From Bryobacterales bacterium (GTDB lineage Bacteria > Acidobacteriota > Terriglobia > Bryobacterales > UBA6623): a DNA stretch of 64,000 nt. Within the stretch, counting starts at the first letter, position 1; each line of letters opens with the position of its first letter. Below, in pieces: positions 18,610 through 28,837 of this stretch. Location of the stretch: NCBI GenBank assembly GCA_965226435.1, contig CBDDCY010000008.1:415232-479231 (forward strand). The letters are read 5' to 3'. The notes under the pieces were generated by a model that saw only the letters and a program-made list of their open reading frames with translations, was not told where the DNA came from and did no database searches. Made by a program: the position numbers and the translations under genes.

Positions 18610-19866
18610 CTACGACACGCGTCGAATCCGAGCCCCCGCCGCCGCCAATTTTCGCTCGATCCCCTCATACCCTCGGTCGATGTGATAAACGCGGTCGATC
18701 ACCGTCTCCCCGGTTGCCGCCAGCGCCGCGATCAACAAACCGGCGCTCGCCCGCAGATCGGAAGCCATCACGGCGGCCGAGCTGAGCGCGGTTTTCCCGC
18801 GCACCAACGCGCGGTTGCCTTTGAGCGAGATGTCTGCCCCCATGCGCACCAGTTCCGAGACGTGCATAAAGCGGTTCTCGAAAATGTTTTCGACAATGCT
18901 CGATTCGCCGTCGGCCTGGGTCATCAGGGCCATCCATTGGGCCTGCATGTCGGTCGGGAAGCCGGGATGTTCTCGGGTTGCAATGTCGGTGGCCCGCAAA
19001 ATGTCCGGAGCCTGCACGCGAATCGCCCCCGGGCCGGGATAGGCGATTTCCGCTCCCGCCTCGCTGATCTTTTCGAGCAGCGGCTCGATATGGCCGACCT
19101 CGGCCCCGGTCACACTGAGCCCGCGGCCGGCGGCCAACCCGGCAATCAAGAATGTACCGGCCTCAATGCGGTCGGGGATGATGGAATGCTTCGCGCCTCG
19201 CAGCCGCCGGACCCCTTGGATGTGAATCGTCGACGAGCCGGCGCCCCGGATCGAGGCGCCCATCTTGGTCAGCAGCGCCGCCAGGTCAACGACTTCGGGT
19301 TCGCGGGCGGCGTTTTCGAGAACCGTTTCACCCTGAGCGAGCACCGCCGCCATCAGTACATCTTCCGTTCCCGTCACGGTCACGCGGTCAAAGTGAATGC
19401 GGCCGCCGCGCAAACCTTGGGGAGCGGTTGCCTCGACATAGCCGTGTTGCTGGGAGATGCGCGCCCCGAGACGTTCGAGGGCGCTCATATGCAGATTGAT
19501 CGGCCGTGCTCCAATAGCACAGCCCCCCGGCATCGAAACCCTGGCGCGTCCGGTCCGCGCGACCAACGGCCCCAGCACGAGACTCGAGGCCCGCATCGTC
19601 TTGACCAACTCGTAGGGCGCTTCCGGTTCGCTGATCCGGCGGGCTTCGAAACAGTAGCGGCCCTCCGACTTCTCCGCGGCGACCCCGGTATGTTCCAGGA
19701 GCCGAATCATCGTGCGAATGTCTCGGACTTCGGGAATTCGACTCAGCTCGACCGTCTCCTCGGTGAGCAGCGTCGCGGCCAGCGCCGGCAGAGCGGCGTT
19801 CTTGGCCCCGCTGATCGGAATTTCCCCGCTCAACTGATGGCCGCCTTCGATGACAAACTTATCCAT
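18610..19866 (-). CDS. murA: UDP-N-acetylglucosamine 1-carboxyvinyltransferase
   Basis: GAKNAALP, MRASSLVLGPL, PGGCAIGARP, PGFPTDMQAQ, DLRASA, HIDRGYE. Confidence 0.97.
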   Translation of the reverse strand: MDKFVIEGGHQLSGEIPISGAKNAALPALAATLLTEETVELSRIPEVRDIRTMIRLLEHTGVAAEKSEGRYCFEARRISEPEAPYELVKTMRASSLVLGPLVARTGRARVSMPGGCAIGARPINLHMSALERLGARISQQHGYVEATAPQGLRGGRIHFDRVTVTGTEDVLMAAVLAQGETVLENAAREPEVVDLAALLTKMGASIRGAGSSTIHIQGVRRLRGAKHSIIPDRIEAGTFLIAGLAAGRGLSVTGAEVGHIEPLLEKISEAGAEIAYPGPGAIRVQAPDILRATDIATREHPGFPTDMQAQWMALMTQADGESSIVENIFENRFMHVSELVRMGADISLKGNRALVRGKTALSSAAVMASDLRASAGLLIAALAATGETVIDRVYHIDRGYEGIERKLAAAGARIRRVS

Positions 19867-19912
19867 GAGAAATCAACACAGCTCGGGCGCGAGCCGCTGA
19901 TGCACCGCCTCG

Positions 19913-20830
19913 TTACCTCCGGCCGTCCCCCGACTCATTTCCCATGACCCGCCCAAGATTGTCGCCCGCTTCCCGCAATGCCGTCTCGGCTTCGTCGGCA
20001 CTCCATCCACGTTTCGCCATGACCACCGCGACCCGCACTCGTCCGCCCGACGCCTCAAGTACCTGTCGAGCCCGTTCGCGCGTGCAGCCGGAAACATCCG
20101 CGACAATCTTCTCGGCTCGTTCACGCAGCTTTTCGCTCTTGATTTGCACGTTGACCATGCGGTTGCCGAGTACATAGCCCATCCGCGTCATTACACCGGA
20201 CGAAATCATGTTGAGTACGAGCTTTTGGGCCGTCCCGGCCTTCATGCGCGTCGAGCCGGTAATCACTTCGGGACCTACGATCGGGGTGATCGCCACGTCC
20301 GCCAAAGCGGCGAGTTCGCTGCCGGAGTTGCAACTGACGGCGGCGCTGAACGCGCCGAGCGACTTCGCGAAACGCACCGCCCCCAATGCATAGGGCGTGC
20401 AGCCGCTCGCCGAGACGGCGACCAGCGCATCGGCGGCTGAGAATCCTCGCGCCGCCAGATCAATCTCCGCCGCGGCCTCATCGTCTTCGGCGCCTTCCCG
20501 GGAAGCCCACACGGCCTCGGGCCCGCCGGCCAATACGGCTTGCACGCGGTCCGGCGCCACGCCGAAAGTCGGCGGGCATTCAACGGCGTCGAGAACACCC
20601 AAACGACCGCTCGTCCCGGCGCCGGCGTAGAACAGACGACCGCCCTCGCCGAAGCGCTCGACGACCGCGTCAATGGTGCGCGCGATAGGCGGAATTTCTT
20701 TTTCAACAGCGTCGGCGATGCGGTGGTCTTCGCGGTTGATGATCGCCAACAACTCGGAGGTGGATACGCTGTCGATTCTCTCCGAGGCGGGGTTGGACTG
20801 TTCCGTCAGCAGGGAATCAAGCGGCGGCAC
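19913..20830 (-). CDS. murQ: N-acetylmuramic acid 6-phosphate etherase
   Basis: TEQSNPAS, GAGTSGRLGVLDAVECPPTFG, GPEVITGSTRMKAGTAQKLVLNMIS; GTG 20830 preferred as start. Confidence 0.95.
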   Translation of the reverse strand: MPPLDSLLTEQSNPASERIDSVSTSELLAIINREDHRIADAVEKEIPPIARTIDAVVERFGEGGRLFYAGAGTSGRLGVLDAVECPPTFGVAPDRVQAVLAGGPEAVWASREGAEDDEAAAEIDLAARGFSAADALVAVSASGCTPYALGAVRFAKSLGAFSAAVSCNSGSELAALADVAITPIVGPEVITGSTRMKAGTAQKLVLNMISSGVMTRMGYVLGNRMVNVQIKSEKLRERAEKIVADVSGCTRERARQVLEASGGRVRVAVVMAKRGWSADEAETALREAGDNLGRVMGNESGDGRR

Positions 20831-20872
20831 ACCGAAGTATAACAAGCGGCCGAAATCAATAAGCCGGACCGC

Positions 20873-21934
20873 TCAGGCCGCTTCCTTGGCGGTTGTGATG
20901 CGCTGCTTTTCGCGCAGGCCCTCGTGGTAGGCGTTCAACATGCCGACCGCGGTGGCGATCACCAGGGGCCCCAACACCACGCCGAGCAATCCGAAGTAAC
21001 TGATCCCGCCCAGCACGGCGACAAAAACCAGCAGCCCGTTGAGTTGCGCGCGCCCCGCGATCAGCATCGGCCGCAAGACGTTGTCGGCGCCGCTGATCAG
21101 CAAGAAACCGAATACGACCAGCAGCACCGCGCGGCCTTCGTCACCGCTCGCGAAAGTCCCAATCGCCGCCGGGATCCAGACCAACCATGGGCCGACCACG
21201 GGCAAGAACGCCAGGAAAGCGATAATCACGGCCCAGAAGATCGGCGACGGCATTCCGAGCATCCAGAAAATCAGCCCGCCGAAAAGCCCTTGTACCGCCG
21301 CCACGACGAAACCGCTTGACAGCGTCACCGAGATCAGCTCGGTTACTTCGCTGCGCGTGCGTTCACTGTAGGCGCCGCCCAGCGGAGAAATATCCTTCAG
21401 CATTTGAACAATCTTGTGACCGTCTCGGAACAAATAGAACATGGCCATCAGCATGACAACCAGGTCGAGAAGAAACCCCACCAGATTCCCCGCGAAGCGG
21501 GCCGAGGACGCGGCAACCATGGAACGCGCGCGGCCCCCAACCTCGTCGACAATTTCGTCGAAGGTGCCGATCGAAAACGGCAGCTGCGCCAACTGCTCTT
21601 CCGCCCAGACCTTGACCTTCGGCAACACGTCCTCGGAGCGGAATTGACCCACCACCGAAACCGTCTCCATCGCAAAGGCCGGAACCAGCCAAGCCATTGG
21701 GGCGACTAGTAAGACCGTCACCAAGACCAGCGAAATCAGAGCCGCCCCGCCGGCGCTCTCCACTCGCCCGATGACGCGCTTGTGAATCGGGAAAAAGAAA
21801 ATCGTTAAGATCGCGGCCCACGTCAGCGGCACCATGAAGACCTTGATGACCTGGAACAACAGGTAGATCACCAGAGCGGCGAGAGTAAAGGTAACCGCCC
21901 GCTGAAATCCGGGGCTTGTGACGCGCTCCATCAT
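20873..21934 (-). CDS. AI-2E family transporter
   Basis: Multi-TM; AFLPVVGPWLVWIP, DNVLRPMLI, FGLLGVVLGP. Confidence 0.9.
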   Translation of the reverse strand: MMERVTSPGFQRAVTFTLAALVIYLLFQVIKVFMVPLTWAAILTIFFFPIHKRVIGRVESAGGAALISLVLVTVLLVAPMAWLVPAFAMETVSVVGQFRSEDVLPKVKVWAEEQLAQLPFSIGTFDEIVDEVGGRARSMVAASSARFAGNLVGFLLDLVVMLMAMFYLFRDGHKIVQMLKDISPLGGAYSERTRSEVTELISVTLSSGFVVAAVQGLFGGLIFWMLGMPSPIFWAVIIAFLAFLPVVGPWLVWIPAAIGTFASGDEGRAVLLVVFGFLLISGADNVLRPMLIAGRAQLNGLLVFVAVLGGISYFGLLGVVLGPLVIATAVGMLNAYHEGLREKQRITTAKEAA

Positions 21935-22003
21935 GGCCGTTCCTAAGAGTATAACCGCGGGCCGAGGCGACGTCGATTACACCGGGAAGGAGCCTGGGGC
22001 CCG

Positions 22004-22024
22004 CCCCCCCCCCCCGGCTATAAT
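22004..22024 (+). promoter_or_regulatory. C12 homopolymer tract directly upstream of a TATAAT -10 box (degP side)
   Basis: CCCCCCCCCCCC at 22004-22015, TATAAT at 22019-22024. Confidence 0.5.
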
Positions 22025-22113
22025 GAGTGAAATCAGTCGCACCAAAATCAAGGGTTCGTGCGTCATAGAAGGTAGTCGCCCTCGAAACGGGACGACACCA
22101 GGAGAATGCCGGA

Positions 22114-23727
22114 ATGCAACGCAATCAGACTCGCCTCATCTTGCAACAGATCGGTAGCAGTAAACTGCTCTCGGGTTCGCTGATCCTCGCGACGCTTGCC
22201 ATTGGCATCGTCATCGGGACGGTGATTTCCGGTGATGCCGACGCCGCCCGCAAGCCGGCGGTCGCCCCCGACGCCACGCCGCTGACCATTCCCGACGCGG
22301 TGCCGATTGAAAACGAATTTTCGAAAATCGCCAAGCAGGTGCGTCCTTCGGTGGTCAACATCCAGGTCGAGTTCCAGGAAAAGCACGCCGAGGCGGCGCC
22401 TCGCGGCAATCCCCGCGGCAACTCCCCGGACGACTTCTTTCGACGCTTCTTCGGGATGCCCGAGGGACCGTTCGGCGGACAGGCGCCCCCGGAACGACGC
22501 CGCCGGCCCGGCGAGGGATCGGGCGTCATCGTCGACCCCAACGGCTATGTCATCACCAACAACCACGTGGTCGCCGATGCCGACCGGATCCGCGTAAGGC
22601 TCTTCGACGATGACGACCAGCTGCATGACGCGACGTTGATCGGCACCGATGTGGAAACCGATATTGCCGTCATCAAAATCAACAAGAAGCAGACGTTCAC
22701 GGCCGCGAGAATCGGCAATTCGGACGCAGTCGATGTGGGCGATTGGGCGGTGGCCGTGGGGTCGCCTTTTGGGTACCGCGAAACGGTGACCGTGGGCATC
22801 ATCAGCGCTAAATCGCGCGAAGTCCGCAACAGCCGGCCGCGACCGTTCCAAAAGTTTCTCCAGACCGACGCGGCCATCAACCCCGGCAACAGCGGCGGTC
22901 CCTTGTTGAACATCCGCGGCGAAGTGATCGGCATCAATACGGCCATCGTTTCCAACACCGGGAGTTTTCAAGGATTGGGTTTCGCGCTTCCCTCGAATGT
23001 CGCCGTTCAGGTCTACAACCAAATCATTCAGTACGGCAAGGTGGCGCGCGGCTCGATCGGCATCTCATTCCAGCCCAACCAATCTCCGGCCCTGCTGCGA
23101 ACATTTGGTGCCGAGAACGGCGGCGTCTTGGTCGGAGAAGTCAAACCACCCGGCGGACCGGCGGACCGGGCAGGCATGCAAGAGGACGATGTAATCATCG
23201 AAATCAACGGAGAAGCCGTCCGGAACGGCGCTCATCTCATCGGCATCGTTGCCTCGACGCCGGTGGGTTCCACGGTGCCGATCGTCGTGCTGCGGGACGG
23301 CGAACGCCTGACCCTCGACATCGAGATCGCCGACCGCGCTGAGTTATTCCCCTCCGATCTGGGCATGAGCGAAGCCCCGGAAGGCCATAAGAAAGAGGAA
23401 GCCGACGTCATGTTCGGCTTCTCGGTTTCCGATCTCAGCGCGATCGAACGCGGCCGCATTGAGTACGAAAAGTCCGGCGGCGTGCTGGTGACGAAGGTCG
23501 AGCCAACCTCCTTCGCCGAGGATATCGGCATGCTGGCCAATGACATCGTCGTCTCGATTAACCGCAAGCCGGTCGCCAGTGTCTCCGATATTCAGAAGAT
23601 CCAAGAGGACCTGAAGCCGGGCGATGACGTCGCGGTCAAGGTGGCGCGGCTCGCCGGCCGAGGCAACTGGGTGACCCGCTACCTAGCGGGCGTGCTGCCC
23701 GACGACGCAACGGAAAAGAGCTTCTGA
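22114..23727 (+). CDS. degP: Do/DegP-family serine protease with two PDZ domains
   Basis: TNNHVV, DIAVIK, QTDAAINPGNSGGPL; N-terminal TM/signal; two PDZ domains. Confidence 0.92.
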   Translation: MQRNQTRLILQQIGSSKLLSGSLILATLAIGIVIGTVISGDADAARKPAVAPDATPLTIPDAVPIENEFSKIAKQVRPSVVNIQVEFQEKHAEAAPRGNPRGNSPDDFFRRFFGMPEGPFGGQAPPERRRRPGEGSGVIVDPNGYVITNNHVVADADRIRVRLFDDDDQLHDATLIGTDVETDIAVIKINKKQTFTAARIGNSDAVDVGDWAVAVGSPFGYRETVTVGIISAKSREVRNSRPRPFQKFLQTDAAINPGNSGGPLLNIRGEVIGINTAIVSNTGSFQGLGFALPSNVAVQVYNQIIQYGKVARGSIGISFQPNQSPALLRTFGAENGGVLVGEVKPPGGPADRAGMQEDDVIIEINGEAVRNGAHLIGIVASTPVGSTVPIVVLRDGERLTLDIEIADRAELFPSDLGMSEAPEGHKKEEADVMFGFSVSDLSAIERGRIEYEKSGGVLVTKVEPTSFAEDIGMLANDIVVSINRKPVASVSDIQKIQEDLKPGDDVAVKVARLAGRGNWVTRYLAGVLPDDATEKSF

Positions 23728-23769
23728 TCAACGACGGGCGGACGAGACGGGTCGGTAAAATAAGAAGCG

Positions 23770-24252
23770 ATGGCAAGCGATCACCAGCGGCTGTTGGTAT
23801 GGGAATCTTTGCTTCACGCGGAGATTCTGCACCGCTACTACGGATACCTCGCAGAGCACTTAGAGAAAAAAGATGCCCGCCTCGTCTGGGCGGCCCTGGT
23901 AGCCACATCGGGGGCGGCCATGGTCCTCATCGGCGACTACCCGACGCTCTATGCCAAGATCCTAGCGTTACTCGCCGCGGCCTTGAACTTGTGGATCGCA
24001 CTGAGTCGATAATCGAAGAAATCGCTTTACAGCGCGAATTTGCAGAAGAAATTCGCCGACTTGATCGTGGAGTGGGAACTGTTGTGGGGCAAAGTGGATG
24101 AGATTCCCGCCGACCAAGTGGAACAGCAATACATCGACCTTCAAAAGAAAGCTACCGCGATCACCGAACTGGCGCCGGTCGAGCTACCTTTGGACAATCG
24201 CATCCAAGATCGCAGCGAGGGAGAAACGATCCGAATTCGAACCGCCGCATAG
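23770..24252 (+). pseudogene. SLATT-like two-TM effector protein interrupted by an in-frame TAA at 24010-24012
   Basis: ORFs 23770-24012 and 24040-24252 share one frame. Read-through gives about 160 aa: N-terminal helix (HRYYGYLA), two TM helices, C-terminal helices. Confidence 0.55.
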
Positions 24253-24299
24253 ATAATGGAAAGCACCAAGAGCGGGCCTTGGCCGCCGCCCAAGAACCG

Positions 24300-25685
24300 C
24301 TACCACCACCGCCGCCGCGCAAACCGAAACCGGAACCCTCGCAGCCGCCCACCAACGTTCAGAACTCTTGAACACAGAGTGCCGCCGCTCCCCAACAGCA
24401 TCAAGTAAACCGGGACGTACTCCAGCAACCGAAAGTAGTTGCTCTCTCGCCAAACACCCAACGCCGCGTAGTCGATCACAACGTGATAGGCCAACACGAC
24501 CAGCGCCGTCCAGAGCAGGAGCGCGGCGTTCGGGTAGATCGCCAGAAACGGCACGAGCCAACTCAGATACCACGGGAAGCAGTTCGCCGAGAGCAGCAGC
24601 AACAACGCTGTCGCGCCCATCGAGGCTCGAACAGTATCAAGTCGCGATCCGGCCATGGCCGCCAAAGCAACCAGCAGAATTCCGCTGGTTAACGCTGTCG
24701 CAAGTCCCTCGCTGCCTCCACTCGCGGCGAGGAGCAGCGAGTAGAGGCTGTTGTTGTTCCTCCAACCGCCCGCAAAAGCCGTCATCGTCACGGCCAGCCG
24801 CGGTATTCCCTCCCAGTACGGCGCGCTCAACACCAAGGCAACCGGGATAGCGACCAGCGCGGCCTTCCCTTCAAATCGGCGGTCTTCCCCATCACGGCGC
24901 CACAAGAAGAACGGCATCAAAATCAAAGGCCAAAACTTCGTTAAGACAGCCGCTGTCAGCCAACCCCACCCGCTCGTCCAACGCCCTCGCACCATCGCCC
25001 CGAGCGCCAACACCACACACAGCATCACCGGCGGGTCATTGTGGCCTTGGCCCCAAAATTCAATCACGATCAGCGGTGACCAGAGGTAGATCAACAGCCA
25101 CCCGGCGGGCCTACCCAGCGCATGCAGCAGCACGGCCAACGCCCAACCGACCCCCAGCTCGATCAAAGCGAAGGGGATCTTAAACAGCCACGCCTGCCGA
25201 AACGGATCGTCCGTCACCGCGGCCGCCAGCCGATAGCTCCCGGCGTTGATCATCTCCAACAGCGGCCCGTAAACCGTCGGCAGATGCTTGCCGGGAACGC
25301 GCCGGTATGCGGCGTCCCGCAAATGCTCCCATTGCGGGCTTTCCGGCGTTTCGGTGTAGGGGTTCCCTCCGGCGGCCTGCAGTTTCCCGTTCCAACGATA
25401 GCGGTGCGGGTCCTCGGAAAGTTGAGGATCGAGCGGCAGCGCCGTCAGTCGAAACACGATCGCCGCGCCCCAGATCAGACGCATCGCGCGGCGGTCGGAC
25501 GAAGCTTCATCCGCGTTCGTGATCAGATAGCAGGAAACCAGGTAAAATAGGGACGCCGCCAGATATGCCGTTACGAATTCGGCGATATAGGGCGGCGGGC
25601 CTTGCCCCAACCCGTGTAGTGTCAGCAGAGCCGCCTCGATAGCCGCCGCAAGGAGTAGAAGTCGTCGGTGAAGGTGGGTCGGCAT
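24300..25685 (-). CDS. GT-C fold (GT87/DUF2029-like) polytopic membrane glycosyltransferase
   Basis: LSEDPHRYRWNG, GNPY, TVYGPL, WSPLIVIEFWGQGHND, FPWYLSW. Confidence 0.8.
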   Translation of the reverse strand: MPTHLHRRLLLLAAAIEAALLTLHGLGQGPPPYIAEFVTAYLAASLFYLVSCYLITNADEASSDRRAMRLIWGAAIVFRLTALPLDPQLSEDPHRYRWNGKLQAAGGNPYTETPESPQWEHLRDAAYRRVPGKHLPTVYGPLLEMINAGSYRLAAAVTDDPFRQAWLFKIPFALIELGVGWALAVLLHALGRPAGWLLIYLWSPLIVIEFWGQGHNDPPVMLCVVLALGAMVRGRWTSGWGWLTAAVLTKFWPLILMPFFLWRRDGEDRRFEGKAALVAIPVALVLSAPYWEGIPRLAVTMTAFAGGWRNNNSLYSLLLAASGGSEGLATALTSGILLVALAAMAGSRLDTVRASMGATALLLLLSANCFPWYLSWLVPFLAIYPNAALLLWTALVVLAYHVVIDYAALGVWRESNYFRLLEYVPVYLMLLGSGGTLCSRVLNVGGRLRGFRFRFARRRWW

Positions 25686-25719
25686 CCGGTCGGCGGCCCT
25701 GTCCTCACGACTCCTCGTT

Positions 25720-27306
25720 ATGTCTCCCGCCATGCCGCCGTCGGCGCTCATCGAGATCGGCTCGCTATCGGCGGGATTGACGCAGCGGTTGGCCGAAGTG
25801 CTGTCGGGCGCTTACCAGGTTACCGTTTTCGGCTGGCTCTTGGTCGCCGCCTATTTCGCCGTCATGGCCGCCCTGAGTGTCTGGGGCTTGCATCGCTATC
25901 AACTCATTTATCTCTATCGAAAATATCGGGATCAGGCCGCCGGCCCCCCCGCGAAACGCTTCGATCGGCTCCCCAAGGTCACCGTGCAACTGCCGGTCTA
26001 CAACGAGCCCTACGTCGTTGAAAACCTGATTGAAACGGTGTGCCGTCTGGACTATCCGCGCGAGTTGCTCCAGATCCAAGTACTCGACGACTCGACGGAT
26101 GAAACCGGCCCCATCGCCCGCGCGGCCGTCGAGCGGCTTGCCGCCCAAGGATGCCCGATTGAATATTGCCGCCGCCCGCACCGCCGCGGTTACAAAGCAG
26201 GCGCGCTCCAAGCCGGGCTGTCGGCGGCGCGCGGCGAGTTGATCGCCGTTTTCGACGCCGATTTTTCCCCGCGCCCCGATTTTCTTCATCAAACCGTCCA
26301 TTACTTCACCGACCCCGCGATCGGCGTGGTGCAAGCCCGTTGGACGTATCGCAACCGAGACCAGTCGCTGCTCACCCGTCTACAGGCGGTTCTGCTCGAC
26401 GGGCACTTCGTCTTCGAGCACGGCGGACGGTCGCGCTCGGGGCGCTTCTTCAACTTCAACGGAACCGCCGGAGTCTTGCGGCGCTCCATGATCGAAGACG
26501 CGGGCGGCTGGCAGCACGACACCCTCACCGAAGACACCGATCTGAGCTATCGGGCGCAGATGAAAGGTTGGCGCTTTCTCTACTTGGGGCACGTCGAAGT
26601 GCCGTCCGAGTTACCGCTCGACATGGCCTCGTTCCAAACGCAGCAGGCTCGTTGGGCGAAAGGGTTGATCCAAACCGCGAAGAAGGTTCTCCCCTCGCTG
26701 CTCCGTTCCGCGGCGCCTCGGAAAGTCAAGATGGAAGCTTGCTTCCACCTTGCCTCGAACCTCTCGTTCCCGCTGATGATTCTCTTGTCGCTGTTGCTGC
26801 CGCCGTCGGTGCTGATCCGCTACCACCACGGCGACGGACGCTTGCTCTACTTGGACATACCGTTGTTCTTCGGTACCTTCGCCTCGCTTTGCTCGTTCTA
26901 CCTGCTCGCTCAAAAAGAGCTTTTCCCGCGGACTTGGAAGAAGACCTTTCTGTTGCTGCCGCTGCTGCCCGCGGTCGGCATCGGCCTGACCTTGACCAAC
27001 GCGCGCGCCGTCTTCCAAGCTCTGCGGGGCATCCCTTCCCCGTTCGAGCGCACAGCGAAATTCGCCGGCCGGCGCCCCCGCGTGCCGGCGCATTCCTCCG
27101 GACGTCCTAACGCCTGGCTCCCGACCGCCCATCTCGCCGCCGGCGGCTACTTCGCCTTCTGCCTTCTCGGCTCGTTGGTGATGGGCAATTGGGCGACCCT
27201 GCCCTTCCTGCTCATTTTCGTTTTGGGCTATTTCTTCACGGGTGGGTTGCTCTTGCTCGAAGCTCGCGAGGGCCGCCTCGCCAAGGAAAGCAAGACCAGC
27301 GGCTGA
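25720..27306 (+). CDS. Processive GT2 glycosyltransferase (CslA/cellulose-synthase-like)
   Basis: VTVQLPVYNE, QVLDDSTD, YKAGAL, FDADF, TLTEDTDLSYRA, QQARWAKG. Confidence 0.92.
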   Translation: MSPAMPPSALIEIGSLSAGLTQRLAEVLSGAYQVTVFGWLLVAAYFAVMAALSVWGLHRYQLIYLYRKYRDQAAGPPAKRFDRLPKVTVQLPVYNEPYVVENLIETVCRLDYPRELLQIQVLDDSTDETGPIARAAVERLAAQGCPIEYCRRPHRRGYKAGALQAGLSAARGELIAVFDADFSPRPDFLHQTVHYFTDPAIGVVQARWTYRNRDQSLLTRLQAVLLDGHFVFEHGGRSRSGRFFNFNGTAGVLRRSMIEDAGGWQHDTLTEDTDLSYRAQMKGWRFLYLGHVEVPSELPLDMASFQTQQARWAKGLIQTAKKVLPSLLRSAAPRKVKMEACFHLASNLSFPLMILLSLLLPPSVLIRYHHGDGRLLYLDIPLFFGTFASLCSFYLLAQKELFPRTWKKTFLLLPLLPAVGIGLTLTNARAVFQALRGIPSPFERTAKFAGRRPRVPAHSSGRPNAWLPTAHLAAGGYFAFCLLGSLVMGNWATLPFLLIFVLGYFFTGGLLLLEAREGRLAKESKTSG

Positions 27307-27323
27307 CCAGGCCCCGACAGATA

Positions 27324-28793
27324 TTAGAACTTCCGGGACCAGTCTTTCGGCCAGCGCTCGACAACGACTTTCTTGTCCGTGTAGAACTCGACGGCGTCGC
27401 GTCCCTGGCCGTGCATCACGCCCATGAAACTGGCCTTCCAGCCGCTGAAGGGGAAATAGGCCATTGGGGCGGCCACACCGATATTGACGCCCACATTGCC
27501 GGTGGGAACTTCGTAACGGAACTTGCGGGCGGCGGCGCCGTCGCTGGTGAAGATCGACGACGCATTCCCGAAGGGGTTCGCCGCGATAATCTCGATTGCC
27601 TCGTCGAGACTTTGGGCATGCACCAGGCTCAGGACCGGGCCGAAGATTTCGGTCTCCGAAAGCTTGCTCTCGGGTGAAACGCCGTCGAGCACGGTGGGAC
27701 CGAGGAAATGGCCGTTTTCGTAATCGGCGATCTTCGCCGCTCGGCCGTCGAGCACGGCCCGTGCTCCCTCGGCGACACCTTGCTCGATCAGACCCTCGAT
27801 CCGCTGTTGACTTTGCGAAGTAATGACCGGCCCCATTCGGACTCCGTCATCCAACCCGAAGCCGACCGAAAGGCCGCCGGCGGCATCGACGACGGCGTCG
27901 CGAAAACCATCCCGCGCTTCGCCCACCGTGACCGCCGTCGAAACGGCCAAGCAACGCTGACCGGCGCAGCCGAAGGCGCTGTCGGTGACAATCTCGACCG
28001 TCTTGTCGAGATCGGCGTCAGGCATGACGACGACATGATTCTTCGCCCCGCCCTGGCACTGCACGCGCTTACCGCGCTCCGCGCCTCGGGCATAGATGTA
28101 TTGAGCCACCGGCGTCGAGCCCACGAAGCTCACCGCCCGAACCGCCGCGTGGTCGAGCAGCGCATCGACCGCCTCCTTGCCTCCGTTGGCGATATTGACG
28201 ACACCGGGCGGCAGGTCGAGGCGGTCGAGCAGGCCGACGATCTTTCCGAGGGTCAGGGGCGCTTTCTCCGATGGCTTGAGAACCAACGTATTGCCGCACG
28301 CCAGCGCATAGGGCAGGAACCAGAGCGGGATCATCGCCGGGAAGTTGAAGGGCGTAATGATCGCAACCACGCCAAGCGGTTGGCGGATCATGATTTCGTC
28401 GATGCCAGGGGCGATGTCCTCGAGGTTGTAACCCTGCATCAGAATCGGAATTCCGCAGGCCACCTCGACGTTTTCGATGCCGCGCCGCAACTCGCCGCGC
28501 GACTCGGCCAAGGTCTTGCCGTTTTCGAGAGTCGTCGTACGGGCAATGTCGTCGAAGTTGTCTTCGAGAAGTTGCTTGAACCGAAACAGGTATTGGATGC
28601 GCTCGCCCGCGGGTGTGCGGCGCCATTCCGGGAACGCCCGTTGGGCGGCTTCCACGGCCTCGACGGCGCCCGCGCCGCCTTCGAGCGGCACGGTTCCCAA
28701 CACTTCGGCGGTGGCCGGGTTCACGACTTCCGAGACGCGCTCCGCGTCCGGCGTCGACCAGCGGCCCTCGATGTAGTTCGCGATCGGTTGCAT
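27324..28793 (-). CDS. mmsA: CoA-acylating (methyl)malonate-semialdehyde dehydrogenase family ALDH
   Basis: ITPFNFPAMIPLW, LKPSE, GGAKNH, FGCAGQRCLA, EIFGPVL, PMAYFPFSGWKASF. Confidence 0.9.
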   Translation of the reverse strand: MQPIANYIEGRWSTPDAERVSEVVNPATAEVLGTVPLEGGAGAVEAVEAAQRAFPEWRRTPAGERIQYLFRFKQLLEDNFDDIARTTTLENGKTLAESRGELRRGIENVEVACGIPILMQGYNLEDIAPGIDEIMIRQPLGVVAIITPFNFPAMIPLWFLPYALACGNTLVLKPSEKAPLTLGKIVGLLDRLDLPPGVVNIANGGKEAVDALLDHAAVRAVSFVGSTPVAQYIYARGAERGKRVQCQGGAKNHVVVMPDADLDKTVEIVTDSAFGCAGQRCLAVSTAVTVGEARDGFRDAVVDAAGGLSVGFGLDDGVRMGPVITSQSQQRIEGLIEQGVAEGARAVLDGRAAKIADYENGHFLGPTVLDGVSPESKLSETEIFGPVLSLVHAQSLDEAIEIIAANPFGNASSIFTSDGAAARKFRYEVPTGNVGVNIGVAAPMAYFPFSGWKASFMGVMHGQGRDAVEFYTDKKVVVERWPKDWSRKF

Positions 28794-28837
28794 GGCACTA
28801 TCCTCCGGCGACGATTGACCGGCTCGGAAATCGATTT

